Shown here in pieces: positions 41,771 to 55,428 of a stretch of 64,000 nt of DNA. Made by a program: the position numbers and the translations under genes. Numbering within the stretch: position 1 is the first letter of the stretch; each line of letters opens with the position of its first letter. The notes under the pieces are model-generated. The model was not told the DNA's origin, did not search any database, and saw only the letters and a list, made by a program, of their open reading frames with translations. Origin of the DNA: Octopus sinensis (taxonomy: Eukaryota); the NCBI RefSeq assembly GCF_006345805.1, contig NC_042998.1, positions 67,208,001 through 67,272,000 on the forward strand, given 5' to 3'.

Positions 41771-43072
41771 GAATGTGTGCATGTATATTGTACGACTGGG
41801 GGGAGTGACAGAGAAAAATCACATTCATACCATACGTATATCATTATATGCTTGTGTAAGCGTGTGCAAATGTGTTTGTGTTTGTGAATATTCAGAATTG
41901 TCAGGGCACCAAACACATGAATTCTTAATTACATAAACTTTATCAAATCAGTCAGAATATTTATAAATTCTTTCAGAGTAAAATATAAAAACTGGAATCA
42001 TAAAAACATAATTCTTTAAATGTTGATGAAATTTTAATGTGGTTCTCCAACTACACTGTTCAGAATTGCCTTTTCTAAATAACTTTTGCAGTCTAAGTTC
42101 CTGTTCAACATTTGTGAAAAACATTCCAAGTTGGAAACTAAAGACTGATGACAAAAGCTCGTCTCAGTTTCCTATAATTTGTGGAAGAGCTCCAACGTGA
42201 ATCTTCTGAAGTTTTACTATTCCGTCTATTTGGGTGGCAACTCGTTGTTGCTTATTTAAAAATATGTTTTAGGACTTTTCACTAGCAGCTGATGTATTCT
42301 AAGGCAAATCCTTGGGTCCCAATTCCTATCAATGTTGAAACTATATTTCACCTGTCAACATTTCTATCTAATTTTATATCTCCTTCGGTCGTTGCAACTA
42401 CGTGCTCGTATTCATTGGTGACAAACCGACAGCTATGTTCCTACACGCACATACACAAACTACACAAACAAATATAAAATGTGTATGTATGTGGTTGTAT
42501 GTTTGTGTGTGGTGTGTGTGTGTATAGATAAACGTAGATACGAATATACTTTATGTGCATTTATAGATATGAATAACACTTACATATGGAAAATAATATT
42601 TATTAAATCTACAATTCAGCATGATAAAATCATATATCGGAGTATTAGAGATACGATATATATACGGATGGAACCATATGTTAGAGTTTCTGTATTTATA
42701 TTAGTGTACGATTAAATGCCTGCAGGCCACAGGGGAAAAACAATAAAAAATCAAATTGAATAAGTAAAAGAAAGTGAGAAATAGTTAAATTTATTATTAA
42801 AAAGAATAATAAGAGAAATAAACGTTTCGGCGAAAAGACCGGAAACCTTAATATTAATCTTATAAAATATTCTCGGTTCTCACTGTGAATAATGACCTAC
42901 AGGCTCGAATTGCAGAGAGTAATTGCAGTCTTCCGTTTGTTCAAAGTTCACTGGGTCTTTATAAATTGGGTCGCATATGCACACACTCACACATGCATAC
43001 TTTTATTTATGTGTACTCATATATATATAGATAGATAGATAGCGAAAGAGAGGGGCAGAGACAAAGCAGACT

Positions 43073-43105
<33 letters not shown>

Positions 43106-43135
43106 CGAAAGAGAGGGGCAGAGACAAAGCAGACT

Positions 43136-43211
<76 letters not shown>

Positions 43212-43774
43212 CAGATACATAGATAGATGGACACATAGATAGATGATCGTGGGAGGATGACATGACAGGTCTGATGTAAATTCAGAAGTATAATACAGTA
43301 CGAATGAGAAAATTATTGGTTAGTTTTTGCAGGTTTTGCGTATATACATGCACGCCTCCATACGCATATATATATATATATATATATGGAGTTTGTTTAA
43401 TTGTCTAATTAAGCCCGTCCCCGGTTATCGGTTATCAGATTCCAGTATACTACGGAAATGGACATTTTTACTTTCTTTGCGAGAGGCGGGAGAGTGATAC
43501 ATATTTTTTTTAAACAGTTCGTTATGACATCAGTTGTTGGCGAAATGTATTTGGCAATTAACTCAAGATAACACAGCAATATCAAATTCATTGTAGGCAC
43601 TGAATTGTGCAGTCAGCTACATCAATGACTTTATAGAAAACATTAGCGATTAACAGACGTACAGTTTTGGAGAAACCAGCATCTATTAAGCTACATATCT
43701 TATGTTTGTTATTTATTGAACTTTTTTTATTCTTTTGTTTTCTTCCCGTCATCCTTTTTCTTCATCTGCATTTC

Positions 43775-44025
43775 TGGTTTGTGTATACGTGGTCGAACTG
43801 GAGTCGCCGGACGGCTTGGAGAATGGTGCGTCGGAGAGATAGGGTGGTGGGGTAGTAGGTGAGGGGAATGGGAGGCGGGAGGCGGCGGGGCGGGTTCGAA
43901 GGAGACAGCAGATGCACTGTGCACGGACGTACTCTGGCAAGAGCAGTGTGGATAGTGGTGATAGGATATCCACGTAGGATGAAGTGGCGAGCCATGAGTT
44001 GAGACTGAGTCTCAAAGTCATGTAT
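43775..44025 (-). mobile_element. Penelope-like element RT C-terminal/linker fragment
   Basis: ORF 43762..43995: MARHFILRGYPITTIHTAL...IPLTYYPTTLSLRRTIL...LQ.D matches the F..RGYP...I / PL..TYHP motifs of Penelope RTs. Confidence 0.8.
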
Positions 44026-44067
44026 GTATTTATATATATGTATATATCTGTGTTTGTATATCTAAGT

Positions 44068-44203
<136 letters not shown>

Positions 44204-44324
44204 TATATAATATATATTATATATATATACATATATATAAATATACGCACATATGTATATATACATACATATACACATACATATCTACGCCCTGCCGGAA
44301 CCTGGTGGAGCTTTAAGTGCTTTC

Positions 44325-44362
44325 GAGCAATACTGTCTTATATATATAAGACAGTATTGCTC
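44325..44362. repeat. Perfect 38-bp palindrome
   Basis: GAGCAATACTGTCTTATAT|ATATAAGACAGTATTGCTC. Confidence 0.95.
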
Positions 44363-44552
44363 TTTGGTGCACGAAAATTTACTTCCATAACGTCTGTGTC
44401 AATTTGGGTTTTTGCTTAAGGTTATCTTTAAATAATTGGCAATTTTAAGATACTCTTCACGTATTGGGAGCCTATTGTGAATTTTTGTAAAAGCATTTCA
44501 ATTATATATATATATATATATATGCGTGTGTGTGTGTGTGTGTGTGTGTCTG

Positions 44553-44587
<35 letters not shown>

Positions 44588-45306
44588 GTGTTTGTGTGTT
44601 TGTGTGTGTGTTTGTGTGTCTGAGTCTTTGTGTCTACATGTTTGTGTGCGTGTGTATGTGTGCCTGTATCATCATGTATGAGAGTACGTGTGTGTATGTA
44701 TGTGTATACACACTAATGCAAGCGTTATTGTTTTTAGATTTGATCTTAAAAACATTACATCCTTCAAAAATAGCGCTAGGTCACATTATGGTGACATTTA
44801 GGATTATGTGTGACCGTGTATTTTATACTTCCCGTGGATCGGTCTAGCTTCAATTCACTAATGTGCATTGCCAATTATCACTCTTCGCTTCAAAAGAGGC
44901 CAACACATCATCAGTTTCCTTGCATTCTGTATTCAGGAATATATACGGCTTTTTTTTTCTAGCCTAAGATAACCTTAAAATTATCCGTTCTCACTGACAT
45001 TGAAAACACGGATATTGTCTGTAATATGTACCAAAGTTTTGCTGCTACTTCTATATTATTATATTATTAGATCCTGTGAATAGGAATACATGGCAAAGCG
45101 TTTATTATGCACATGATATAATTTGTTTACTTTATCTACAAAAGTTGAATGAATAAACATATATTCACTCTCACACGTACGTAAATCCACTAACACAGAT
45201 TCAAATTGAGTTGCACGGGGAGATGTGGATGTAGGTTTGTAGATATGCATGCACATGTTTGTTTGAATCTGTTTGTGTGCCTGTGTGCATATGTGTATGT
45301 GTCTGC

Positions 45307-45393
<87 letters not shown>

Positions 45394-45769
45394 CTGCTCT
45401 CGTTCATGTGTTTATAACTGTGCTTTATACATTTTCGAAATTATACGTTTTTTTTTATTTGCATCTGTCTTTATATTTACTATCCTGGTACAACTATTCT
45501 CTAAACACTACATACGACATAGTTTACGTTCTTGTTTTCACATACACCCATGTGTATAATTTCTTCATGAATATCCAATCTTTATTGTTGTTGTGACAAT
45601 CACCGAACAAATGTTTCTTTTATTTTTTATATATAAAAATTTACATTTAAATATTTATTTAATTTCAGTTATAACTTCCTTTTTACAGCTAAAATAGTAT
45701 CTGATATAATATATTTACCGACTCGCTCTCAACATTGGTTAAACTGGTTGACTATTCATCTAGTATAGT

Positions 45770-46025
45770 GGAGATCGTTGCAAATTCCACAGACCGAGGA
45801 ATTTCTAAATACCAACCCCAGTTAAACAAGGTCTGACAAAATCGATTCTTTGTATCATAGATACAGTTCTTCGTAGAGTTCATTACAATTTCCATCTACC
45901 CCGTCGCACACAAAATGGTTGAAAGTATACGATTCTACAGAAGATTTGAAGTTTACGACCTAAAATTGGCACACATGCCTGCAAGGAAAATTCTTGAAAG
46001 TATTCAGTCATGTCTGAGTTAGCAT
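45770..46025 (+). mobile_element. Decayed RTE-like reverse transcriptase remnant
   Basis: Frame EEFLNTNPVKQGLTKSILCIIDTVLR (cf. F....GV.QG..LSP.LF...ID). Confidence 0.35.
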
Positions 46026-47375
46026 TCATTATTAAACGAAAAACGTGTGACCTTTGGACTTTCATTTAATCTTTTAGATATAATCCTTATTTACTCATAG
46101 TTTTGAATTAATCATACATTATCTCGCAGCTCTAAGCTTTTCATGATGGCTAATTATTAGAATACCATTATAGGGTAATCGACATAGTTCATACGTTCAA
46201 ATCTGGCCGGTTTGAACATAAAACAGGTAGAATAGTTATATGTTAAAGGTTTAAACATCAACGTTTTAAACACCAGACACTATTTTTCGTACTCAGTACA
46301 ATCATTTAAACCACTGTATACAACTTTCCACCTCTCTCAGACAATATTTTAGCATGCTCGACTTGTTTAGACCACCGTATCTTCATTTTTCATTAATATT
46401 TATAACCCTGCTTTTCGCTTTTAGGAGAACATGATATCGTTACTAGACAACATAATATATATATAAAGTGTTGAAACTGAAAAAAAATAGATCAAATTCT
46501 GAATAACTTACAGTATGAGTATATCTTTTAATCCCTAAGACGAAACATGATAGTTACATGAAACAAAATCAGCTCATTGTAGGTGGCAGCCTTGCTTAGC
46601 TTATCAGTTGAATTACCTAATAATCATAATCTACACGATAAAACTAGTAAAGATTGTTTGCCAACAAAACATGATAGTCCTGGTTTAGGACGAATGTTGC
46701 TGTAATTTAGCCCCAGGATACATCGTCTCCAGCTAGCTATACGACACGATCTGTGTCCTTATATTTTCGAACAAGGAAATCTAGCACCCCCACTCAGCTC
46801 AAAAAAAATAATAATAACGACCGCTATGTTACGTTGGCAAGCAATCTTTGCTGAATATCTCACGTTGTGAGATTTAGAAGTAGTAATTTTCTAGGATAAA
46901 ACTACTTTGGTGAATGCATTGTAGTATACAGAAAGACAATGTTGCAAAAAGTAATATTTTTATACACAGAATGACAGGATTCATTTCAGAATAGTTTGTA
47001 CTCAGTTACAATTTTGCTTGGAGCAGAATTAAACTGAATGGTCCTTTAGTAATTTGCTTTTGTTTTAGATAACGTAGCTACGGTCATGCTAGAGCATTGC
47101 ATTCATGTAATTTGCTTTGGTACATTCCTATTTATTTTCAATTTTGTTCACATGAATAGTTAAAGCACTCACGGGGAAGAGAACGTAACATAGCAAAATC
47201 AAATTTCGGTCGTTCTCATCAACTCGATTGATTTCTGCACGGATAAGAAATATTTGTTATATGGTGAAAATGGGCAAGTCGGAAACTAGAAATTATCAAG
47301 CAACAGATAGTCGATATGTATGTTTATGTATATTTATGTATGCATGTGTATGCGCTCATACATATACATATACAT

Positions 47376-47392
47376 TATTATTATTATTATTA

Positions 47393-47448
<56 letters not shown>

Positions 47449-47510
47449 ATAATAATAATAATAATAATAATATTCTTGTTAATAATGATAATGATAATAA
47501 TAACAATAAA
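47376..47510. repeat. (TTA)n/(AAT)n self-inverted microsatellite
   Basis: Read directly. Confidence 0.95.
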
Positions 47511-47844
47511 TACGTACACGTATACATATTCAAAAACGATGTCAATTTAAAGAATAAAATATTTTTTTGCTTTATAGATTATAATCCATGATATACGTTT
47601 ATTCTTCGGTGCTTTTCCCTTCATTCTTTCTTCAATATATAATCTCAATCGCACTACGAGTTTGTGGATAGCAGGAATCATAATGTAATATGTGTTTCTT
47701 CTTATCAACTTAAGCCTTATGGCCATCCAGATAACTGTAATTCATCAAGTAATAGGATTTTGTTTTGTAAATATATCATTCTTTTGGTGATACTTTCTTT
47801 TTCAGAATTTCATTCCATCATATATTTGTACACACACACACACA

Positions 47845-47920
<76 letters not shown>

Positions 47921-48296
47921 TGGTTGTCGCGCGATATATATATTAGAAAACACTTGGTGACGGTGCTTTTCTGTTTGTGTTTCTGTGCATATGTGTTGTG
48001 TCCGTGTCTGTGCCTGTCTGTCTGCTCATGTAATATCTATTAAAAATATTTTCTCACCTGTTAGCAAGTCTTTTTCTCACCATCAAGTCTTCATTCATTT
48101 TTGTTGTTTATTCCATGTCTTCTTTCACGTCTTAAACTCACACTTCTTGTGGTTTTCTTGACATTTTTCACTAATTCTACGTACTTCACGTTGAATACGC
48201 TCTTCATTTTCGATTTGTAGCAACATCTCTATGGCTCATGTTTACTTTGCCTAATGGCTATAGAACATATAACTATTTTGTATACTCACATTTGTC

Positions 48297-49200
48297 TGCT
48301 GAGGTATGTTACAGGTTACTTGGAGTAAACATCTATTTTATCCGGTCAAAACTGTTTGTGTGGTGTATATATATGCGTGTATATATATATTAATTTATAA
48401 TCCTTTACCCCTTTATTTAAGCTAACGCAAGTATATAGTTTCGGAAAATATGGTTTCATAAAATAAATCGCAAACCAAAATATAATAAACCTAGTTGTTA
48501 TTAAAATTTTATAGCCATCCATTTTTAGTCTTCCACCTATTATTGTCATATTATTGTACTCGCATACATAGCTATTTCTTCTCGTTCGTAATCTATAGAT
48601 ATATATTTCCCTCTCTTTCTTTTATTGTTTTCGTTCAATGTTTACCCACATTTTTATTATATTTGATACTGATTTCCCCGAAACAAATTTCTAGATAAGA
48701 CACCAATTGCTCTTCATCTCTCGCTCTCAATCCTGCCTACCTATCAAATTTTCTCGAAATTACTTTAAAAGTTTTGTCTTTCAGTCTTCGCAGCAGAGAC
48801 ACTGATATCTCCTTTGAGAGGAAAAAGCAAATAAACGAAGCAGCACATTATCAAGATTTACTAGTTACAGATATTTGAATGAACACAATCAAGCAATTTG
48901 ACGAACATTATAACTAGGTTTATTATATTTTGGTTTGCTATTTATTTTATGAAACCATATTTCCCGAAACTCTATACTTGCGTTAGCTTAAGTAAAGGGG
49001 TAAAGGATTATAAATTAATATACATATACACGCATATATACATACACCACACAAACAGTGTTAACCGGATAAAATAGATGTTTACTCCAAGTGATTGTAA
49101 TATACCTCAGCGGGAAGCGGTTTAACCAATCACGCGTTCTCACCGGCGCACATCCATAAGCCCTGCTGCAAAACGATCGTACATATCCAGTGTATATATG

Positions 49201-49236
<36 letters not shown>

Positions 49237-49775
49237 AAAGGAAATGAAGAAAATGCTGACAAATAATTGAAGTAATTTAAGTAATTTAATTAGGTGAAAG
49301 TTCTTTTTACCGGTTGCGCATTTGTTATGCTTATCAAAATATGATAAGCATGACAAATGCGCAACCGGTAAAAAGAACTTTCACCTAATTAAATTACTTA
49401 AATTACTTCAATTATTTGTCAGCATTTTCTTCATTTCCTTTTTTATATATCACCACTCGTGTTCGACATCTCCTTTTTTTAAATATATATATATATATAT
49501 ATGTATGTATCTATGTATCTATGTATCTACGTATATACTTCTAATATGAGGATAACATTTTATTAGAATACTTTATTAGTGGCCAGCATATGGGAAAACA
49601 AAACGAAATCTCTGCCAGTACGATCGTTTTGCAGCAGGGCTATTGATGTGCGCCGGTGAGAACGCGTGATTGGGAAAACTGCTTCCTGCTGAGGTATGTT
49701 ACAATCACTTGGAGTAAACATCTATTTTATCCGGTTAACACAAGTATATAGTTTCGGGAAATATGGCTTCATATG
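48297..49775. repeat. Nested inverted-repeat complex: three related copies (A, A'B, B'A-deleted) and a central 101-bp-arm palindrome
   Basis: 48297-48496 vs reverse complement of 48912-49111; 49059-49182 vs reverse complement of 49618-49740; 49236-49336 vs reverse complement of 49342-49442 (one mismatch). Confidence 0.95.
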
Positions 49776-50011
49776 CTGAAAAGTAGATGCTAAATCGTCT
49801 AATAACATAAAATATTTTCATTTATATTATTAAACGACTTGTTGAAATGTTCTGTTAGCTTACTTTCCTCGCTTTGACACGAGGTGTAACAATATAAGTG
49901 AAAATATTTTATGCGGTTAAACAATTTAGCGTCTATTTTTCATCATATTGTCAAAGATATTTTTTCTTTTTGCCCTTACTTATAGTTAAATGTGTGTGTG
50001 TGTGTGTGTGT

Positions 50012-50054
<43 letters not shown>

Positions 50055-50454
50055 CTGAAGGATTAAAATCAAAATTAACCAAAGGACATAGTAAGTATGT
50101 GTACCTGCTGGAAATAACTGTCAAAACTCTTTGATCGCCAAAGTAAGACTGAACATATGTTTCGTACTGTATTACACTCTTGTATATGCTACTCATTTTA
50201 CAGAACGTAGATGTACTTAGGATGACCTTTGATTAATTTTAATTTTAATTCTTCAGATGTTTAATGCTTTTCTTGGGCCTGCAACCGCCCGTATTATTGA
50301 TTCTGTTTTAGCATTTTTATCAAATAGTCATTCCAGATAATAACAAAATTAATATCTTGGCAGATTAATTTTTCGAGCAATAATTTTTCTCGTGAATTGT
50401 TTTCCCTTGTACCTATATGTGTTTGTGTGTGAGTGTGCGTACATATACACACCT

Positions 50455-50539
<85 letters not shown>

Positions 50540-53500
50540 CTCATATAGGCACGTATATAAACACATTTCAGCACTAATATACATAGGTATGGAAATATAT
50601 TTATATAAACAAACATAACTCCTGGCGAATAATTAAACAAACTTAGAACTGGAAGTCTAATGTAACAAGAATGTATTGCAACCTGAAATTCAATATATAC
50701 AATATAAACGAACAACAGATTTGAAATTGTATCACAGTGTGAACATATGTTTCTTCCTGTATTACTCTCTTGTATATACTATTCATTTTACAATCATCCA
50801 ATAACGTAATGAAACAAAAAATGAAATGTTGAAAGGTTTCATAAAGATTTTTTACTAGAGATTTTCCATTCGCCCACCATACACACATACACACATACAC
50901 GCACACACAAACGCATGCACACCACACCCAGTTGTGTATAAGCTTATGTACGATGACGGGGACCAGGTTGAATGTTCGAAGTCCCTATCAACATTTTCCT
51001 TGTAAACATTAAGAAATATGAACTCTACTAAAATATATACTCTAATCTCTGTGAAATTGTTTTTACGATTTGGCGTCTACACAGAAAACACACATATACA
51101 AATATGCATATACGAATATAAACATGTGTACATACTTGTGTGTGTGTGCGTGAGTGTGTGTACGTGTGTATGTATGTGTGTGTGTATGTGTATGTCTCTG
51201 TGTGTGTCTGTGTGTGTCTGTGTGTAAAGGCGCTGGTAATTTTATGACAATTCTGTATTCCACTACCAAAGCGCAGGACACACAGAAAAGTGAGATGTTA
51301 GATTAAAAATGAATAACAACGCTAAAAACGAAGAATTATCGTAAAGGATAATCCTAGCACCATTGAAGATGACCTGTTGGATAAAATATTATAATCATAT
51401 TTTAGACACCGAGTTGCTTGAAGTAGTATTGTGCACTTTTGACTTTTGGATAAGAAATCTCATATCATTATAGATACAGAGATGTTTTATAAAATATATT
51501 ATATTCTAAAAATTCTCATAAGATATTCTATATTCAAAAATATAATATATTCATAAAATGAATTTTATTCAAAAATATAAAATATTCATATTGTAACAGA
51601 TATATATGTTGGAATCACATGTTAAACTCTGTCACCTTTATTTCCAGTCTCACATTAAATATGCCAAAGCTTACGATATGCTTATGATTTCCCAAAAGAA
51701 TGAAATATTGTTATACATGATTACTATCGACATATGAAGTATTTCATATGTAAAACATATATTTCAATTCTGTGCATCTTTAATCCTTACTTTTAATTTC
51801 ATCTTTGTAACCTTGCTTCGTATTATGTCAAATTAGACGTATACATCTGGTTGTTAGGGAACTAAGTGGATTTCAACACTGTAGTAAATTAAATATTGAC
51901 AGAATTGATCATTCGGAATCCTCAATCCATATTATAGTCATATATATTGTCATTTTCTTTTCATATCTATTGTTATTTTAATTCTTTATTTTCATGTAGC
52001 AGTACAACCATATATTTTCAATGTCATAGTAAGCGAATTGCTATAGAAAAACGAAATTGTTTATGAATATTCCAGTAACATATTGGTCCAATCACTTATG
52101 ACACTCAATATTTATATACATTATATCATATTATATTATATTACATATTATTTTTGCTTCATTGTTTATACACACTTCTTATCTTCATCAATAATCTATG
52201 ATCACCTCTATGATCATTGTATATATATATATGACTAAGGTATCCGAAGGAGCCAACCATATTATACGGTTCGCTTCGATTTAAAGCAGATACAGCTGCT
52301 GTTTCTACGACTTGCTCCTATATCCCTTCCAAGCTACTGACTAGCAATCATGAATTATTATTAAAAGAACTATTAAGCTGTCTAATAGCATTATGATACA
52401 GTAGTGTTCTCTTTGCAATACCTTTTAGTATTAGTTATCTATTCTACATAATGCAGTTGATAAATATAATAATCCATGATTGCTATCGTGCATATTCATT
52501 GCTAATGACACATTTAGGCTTCCTTATTAGTTAGTAATTAGCTTCCTTTATTCTTACAGATGTTTAGAAGTAAAATAGCAGATATAGTGGAAGATACGAA
52601 CGAATCAAAATTTTGAATATTTGCTGATAAAATTTTATCATATGTGTGTATGAGTGTGTATGTGTATATGTTTGTGTGTGGGTGGGTGTAATGTACACGG
52701 ACAGGTTCAAGCACACACAGATACAAACACGCGCACGATCGCACACAAACACTCACTCACACACACCAACGAAGAAAATACAATTCGAGAGAGATGAAAC
52801 ACTATATTACAACAGCATTACAAGGGATTTCATATAGATTTCCATAAAGAATAATTATAAGTTTGGAAATGTTATGCAAATGACAGATGGCATGAATGTA
52901 TCGCTACATCTAACGCAATACCAGTTGAGGTAGAATTAAATGTATCCTGCTCCGTAATAATGGTCTCAAATGCTGGCAACATAATGAACTCTGCTAAAAC
53001 GCCTTAAGCTGCCTGGTTGTGGCTTGAAATGAAACGACGGTTTAGGATTATCACAGAAGTATTTTAGCGCCGCCGTTGAGCAGAAAGTAGAAAGAACCAC
53101 ACAAAAATTCCAAGGTTACTGGTGAACGTTCTTACAGTTCTGTGAATCAACCATTTTGGATTGGTGCATATTGTATCAAGAGCAAAGGGATGACAGGTGA
53201 AGTTGACTTTGACGAAATTTAAGCCTAGATCACAGAGAAACGAAAAAAAGAAAACCTTCAAGATATTCTGTCCGATACCCGAAGGACGCTGCCAATTTAC
53301 CGAACTGTGAAATTAAATGATTTAGTATCTTTTTCGTTCAAACTAGTCATGACTTAAAAACTTTTAATAAATATCCCACTTGGCCATATATGCGTCTTTT
53401 CCAACATATTTGAAAGTAAATTTTATCCTTATTTACTTATATCATTCTCTCTATATGCATATTTAGGTGTGTGTGTGTGCAGGTGTGTGTGTGTGTGTGT

Positions 53501-54224
53501 GTGTGTTGTGTGTGTGTGTGAATGCAGCAAAATTACAGATTGGTTTTTCTTAATAAACGTCTTGTAATAACTTTGGCAATAAACAGAAATGGCTGAGGAG
53601 AATAGTATGAGTATAAGTAAACACACACACATATACACATACACAAACACAAATGTCCGTACACACATCCACACACACACAAACGCGCGTGCGCGTACAC
53701 ATATATGACCGCACACAGGCACACACGCACATTTACACATACATTGTACAACGAGCTTGTCAACATTAGTTGTGTGAAGACGAAGTTCTTTTAGAATACT
53801 TTTTCTCCAGGTCGGTAATCAAGAACGACTATATAAATATGTGTGTATATTTATATATGTGTGTGTTTGTATTTGTGCGAAGCGAAACATTTATATATTG
53901 GTATAGACCTTACTCCTGGTTACACCCTCGGTCATACCAGGGCAATCAAAGCTCGGTGGCGTAACAAGCGTAGCAGACTTTTTACATATGATATATATCA
54001 AGAGCGGATACCAACTGTAATCAATCTTGCACAAGTTGTTGCAAAGAATATAACTTAGTTAAATCGATCACAGCTTGACTTAGTTATGTGGTGTCTGTGA
54101 AATACGGATATTTGGAATGTTAAAACAAACCCTGCAGGTAAATAAACAGGTGGAAGAGAGAATTCTGATAACTGTAGAAGTACAAGTTGCAAAACGAAAA
54201 AATATTAAAAATATTATGATAATG

Positions 54225-54345
54225 GCGATGATAATAATGAAGATGATGCTGATGACGATGATGATGATGATGATGATGAGGAGGAGGAGGGGGATGAAGT
54301 TGATGATGATGATGATGATGACGATGATGATGAAACTATCAACAA
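54225..54345. repeat. (GAT)n/(GAG)n microsatellite
   Basis: Read directly. Confidence 0.95.
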
Positions 54346-54511
54346 CAATAAAAACTGACTTGTGAAAACTAAATGGAGGCGAAGTAATATGTAAATGTAT
54401 ATATAATAGCTAAAAAGATAATAGCCAACACGAAATGTTGTTTGATGGCGCAGCATTTTTTTCTGTTTGGACCAGTGTGGGAAGGAGTGTGTTTAAATGT
54501 GCTTCTGTATG

Positions 54512-54567
<56 letters not shown>

Positions 54568-55250
54568 CATACACACACATATGCTTGTATATTTAGATAT
54601 ATATAAGTATATATCTAATATATACATATATATTTCGGTATATGTATGTGTTTTTCTGTGTGTGCGCGTTTTTCTATGTGTATGTGCGTATGCGTACGTA
54701 CATGTACACATATATAGGAATAACTAATGATATTATTCAATAAAACTTTCGACCCAGTGTTTGCATGTTATTTTCAAATAGGTTTATTTCTATGGAGCTA
54801 AAAATGGCAACAAGAAGCGTCTGTGTACAAACTAAATTCTCAAACCGATAATGCTATACACGCTAGCATTGGCTTACAGCTAAAACACCAAAAAAAGAAA
54901 AGAAGAATGAGAGAGCACCAAATTGTTGTTTATTATTTTATTTTCTTATCTTTTTTTTCTTAGTTTCCCCATAGGATAAAAAAGAAAATTTGTTTCGGGT
55001 TAAACTCATAACATTTAAGAAAAAAGACCAAATAAAATACACACACACACACATATGTATATATGTATACATATACATATATATATATATAGGTATAGGT
55101 GCACGCGGAATGCACGTGACCACAAAGACAGTAGTGTTAATCAGAAAATAGTTCTACGTTAGAAATGGATACAATGAAATTGTACACGAAATTAAACAAA
55201 CGTAAAAATCTAAAATCTGTTATCTTAAACACATAAGCAAATATGCAGCA

Positions 55251-55351
<101 letters not shown>

Positions 55352-55374
55352 ATGTGTGTGTGTGTATACATACG

Positions 55375-55428
<54 letters not shown>

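Noticed and set aside
42820-42850. Minus-strand ...CCGAAACGTTT resembling a hammerhead 3' half
   Set aside because: No CUGANGA-like core or coherent stem II upstream.
49015-49549. Two divergent ORFs sharing KCATGKKNFHLIKLLKLLQLFVSIFFISF
   Set aside because: Automatic consequence of the DNA palindrome; no coding evidence.
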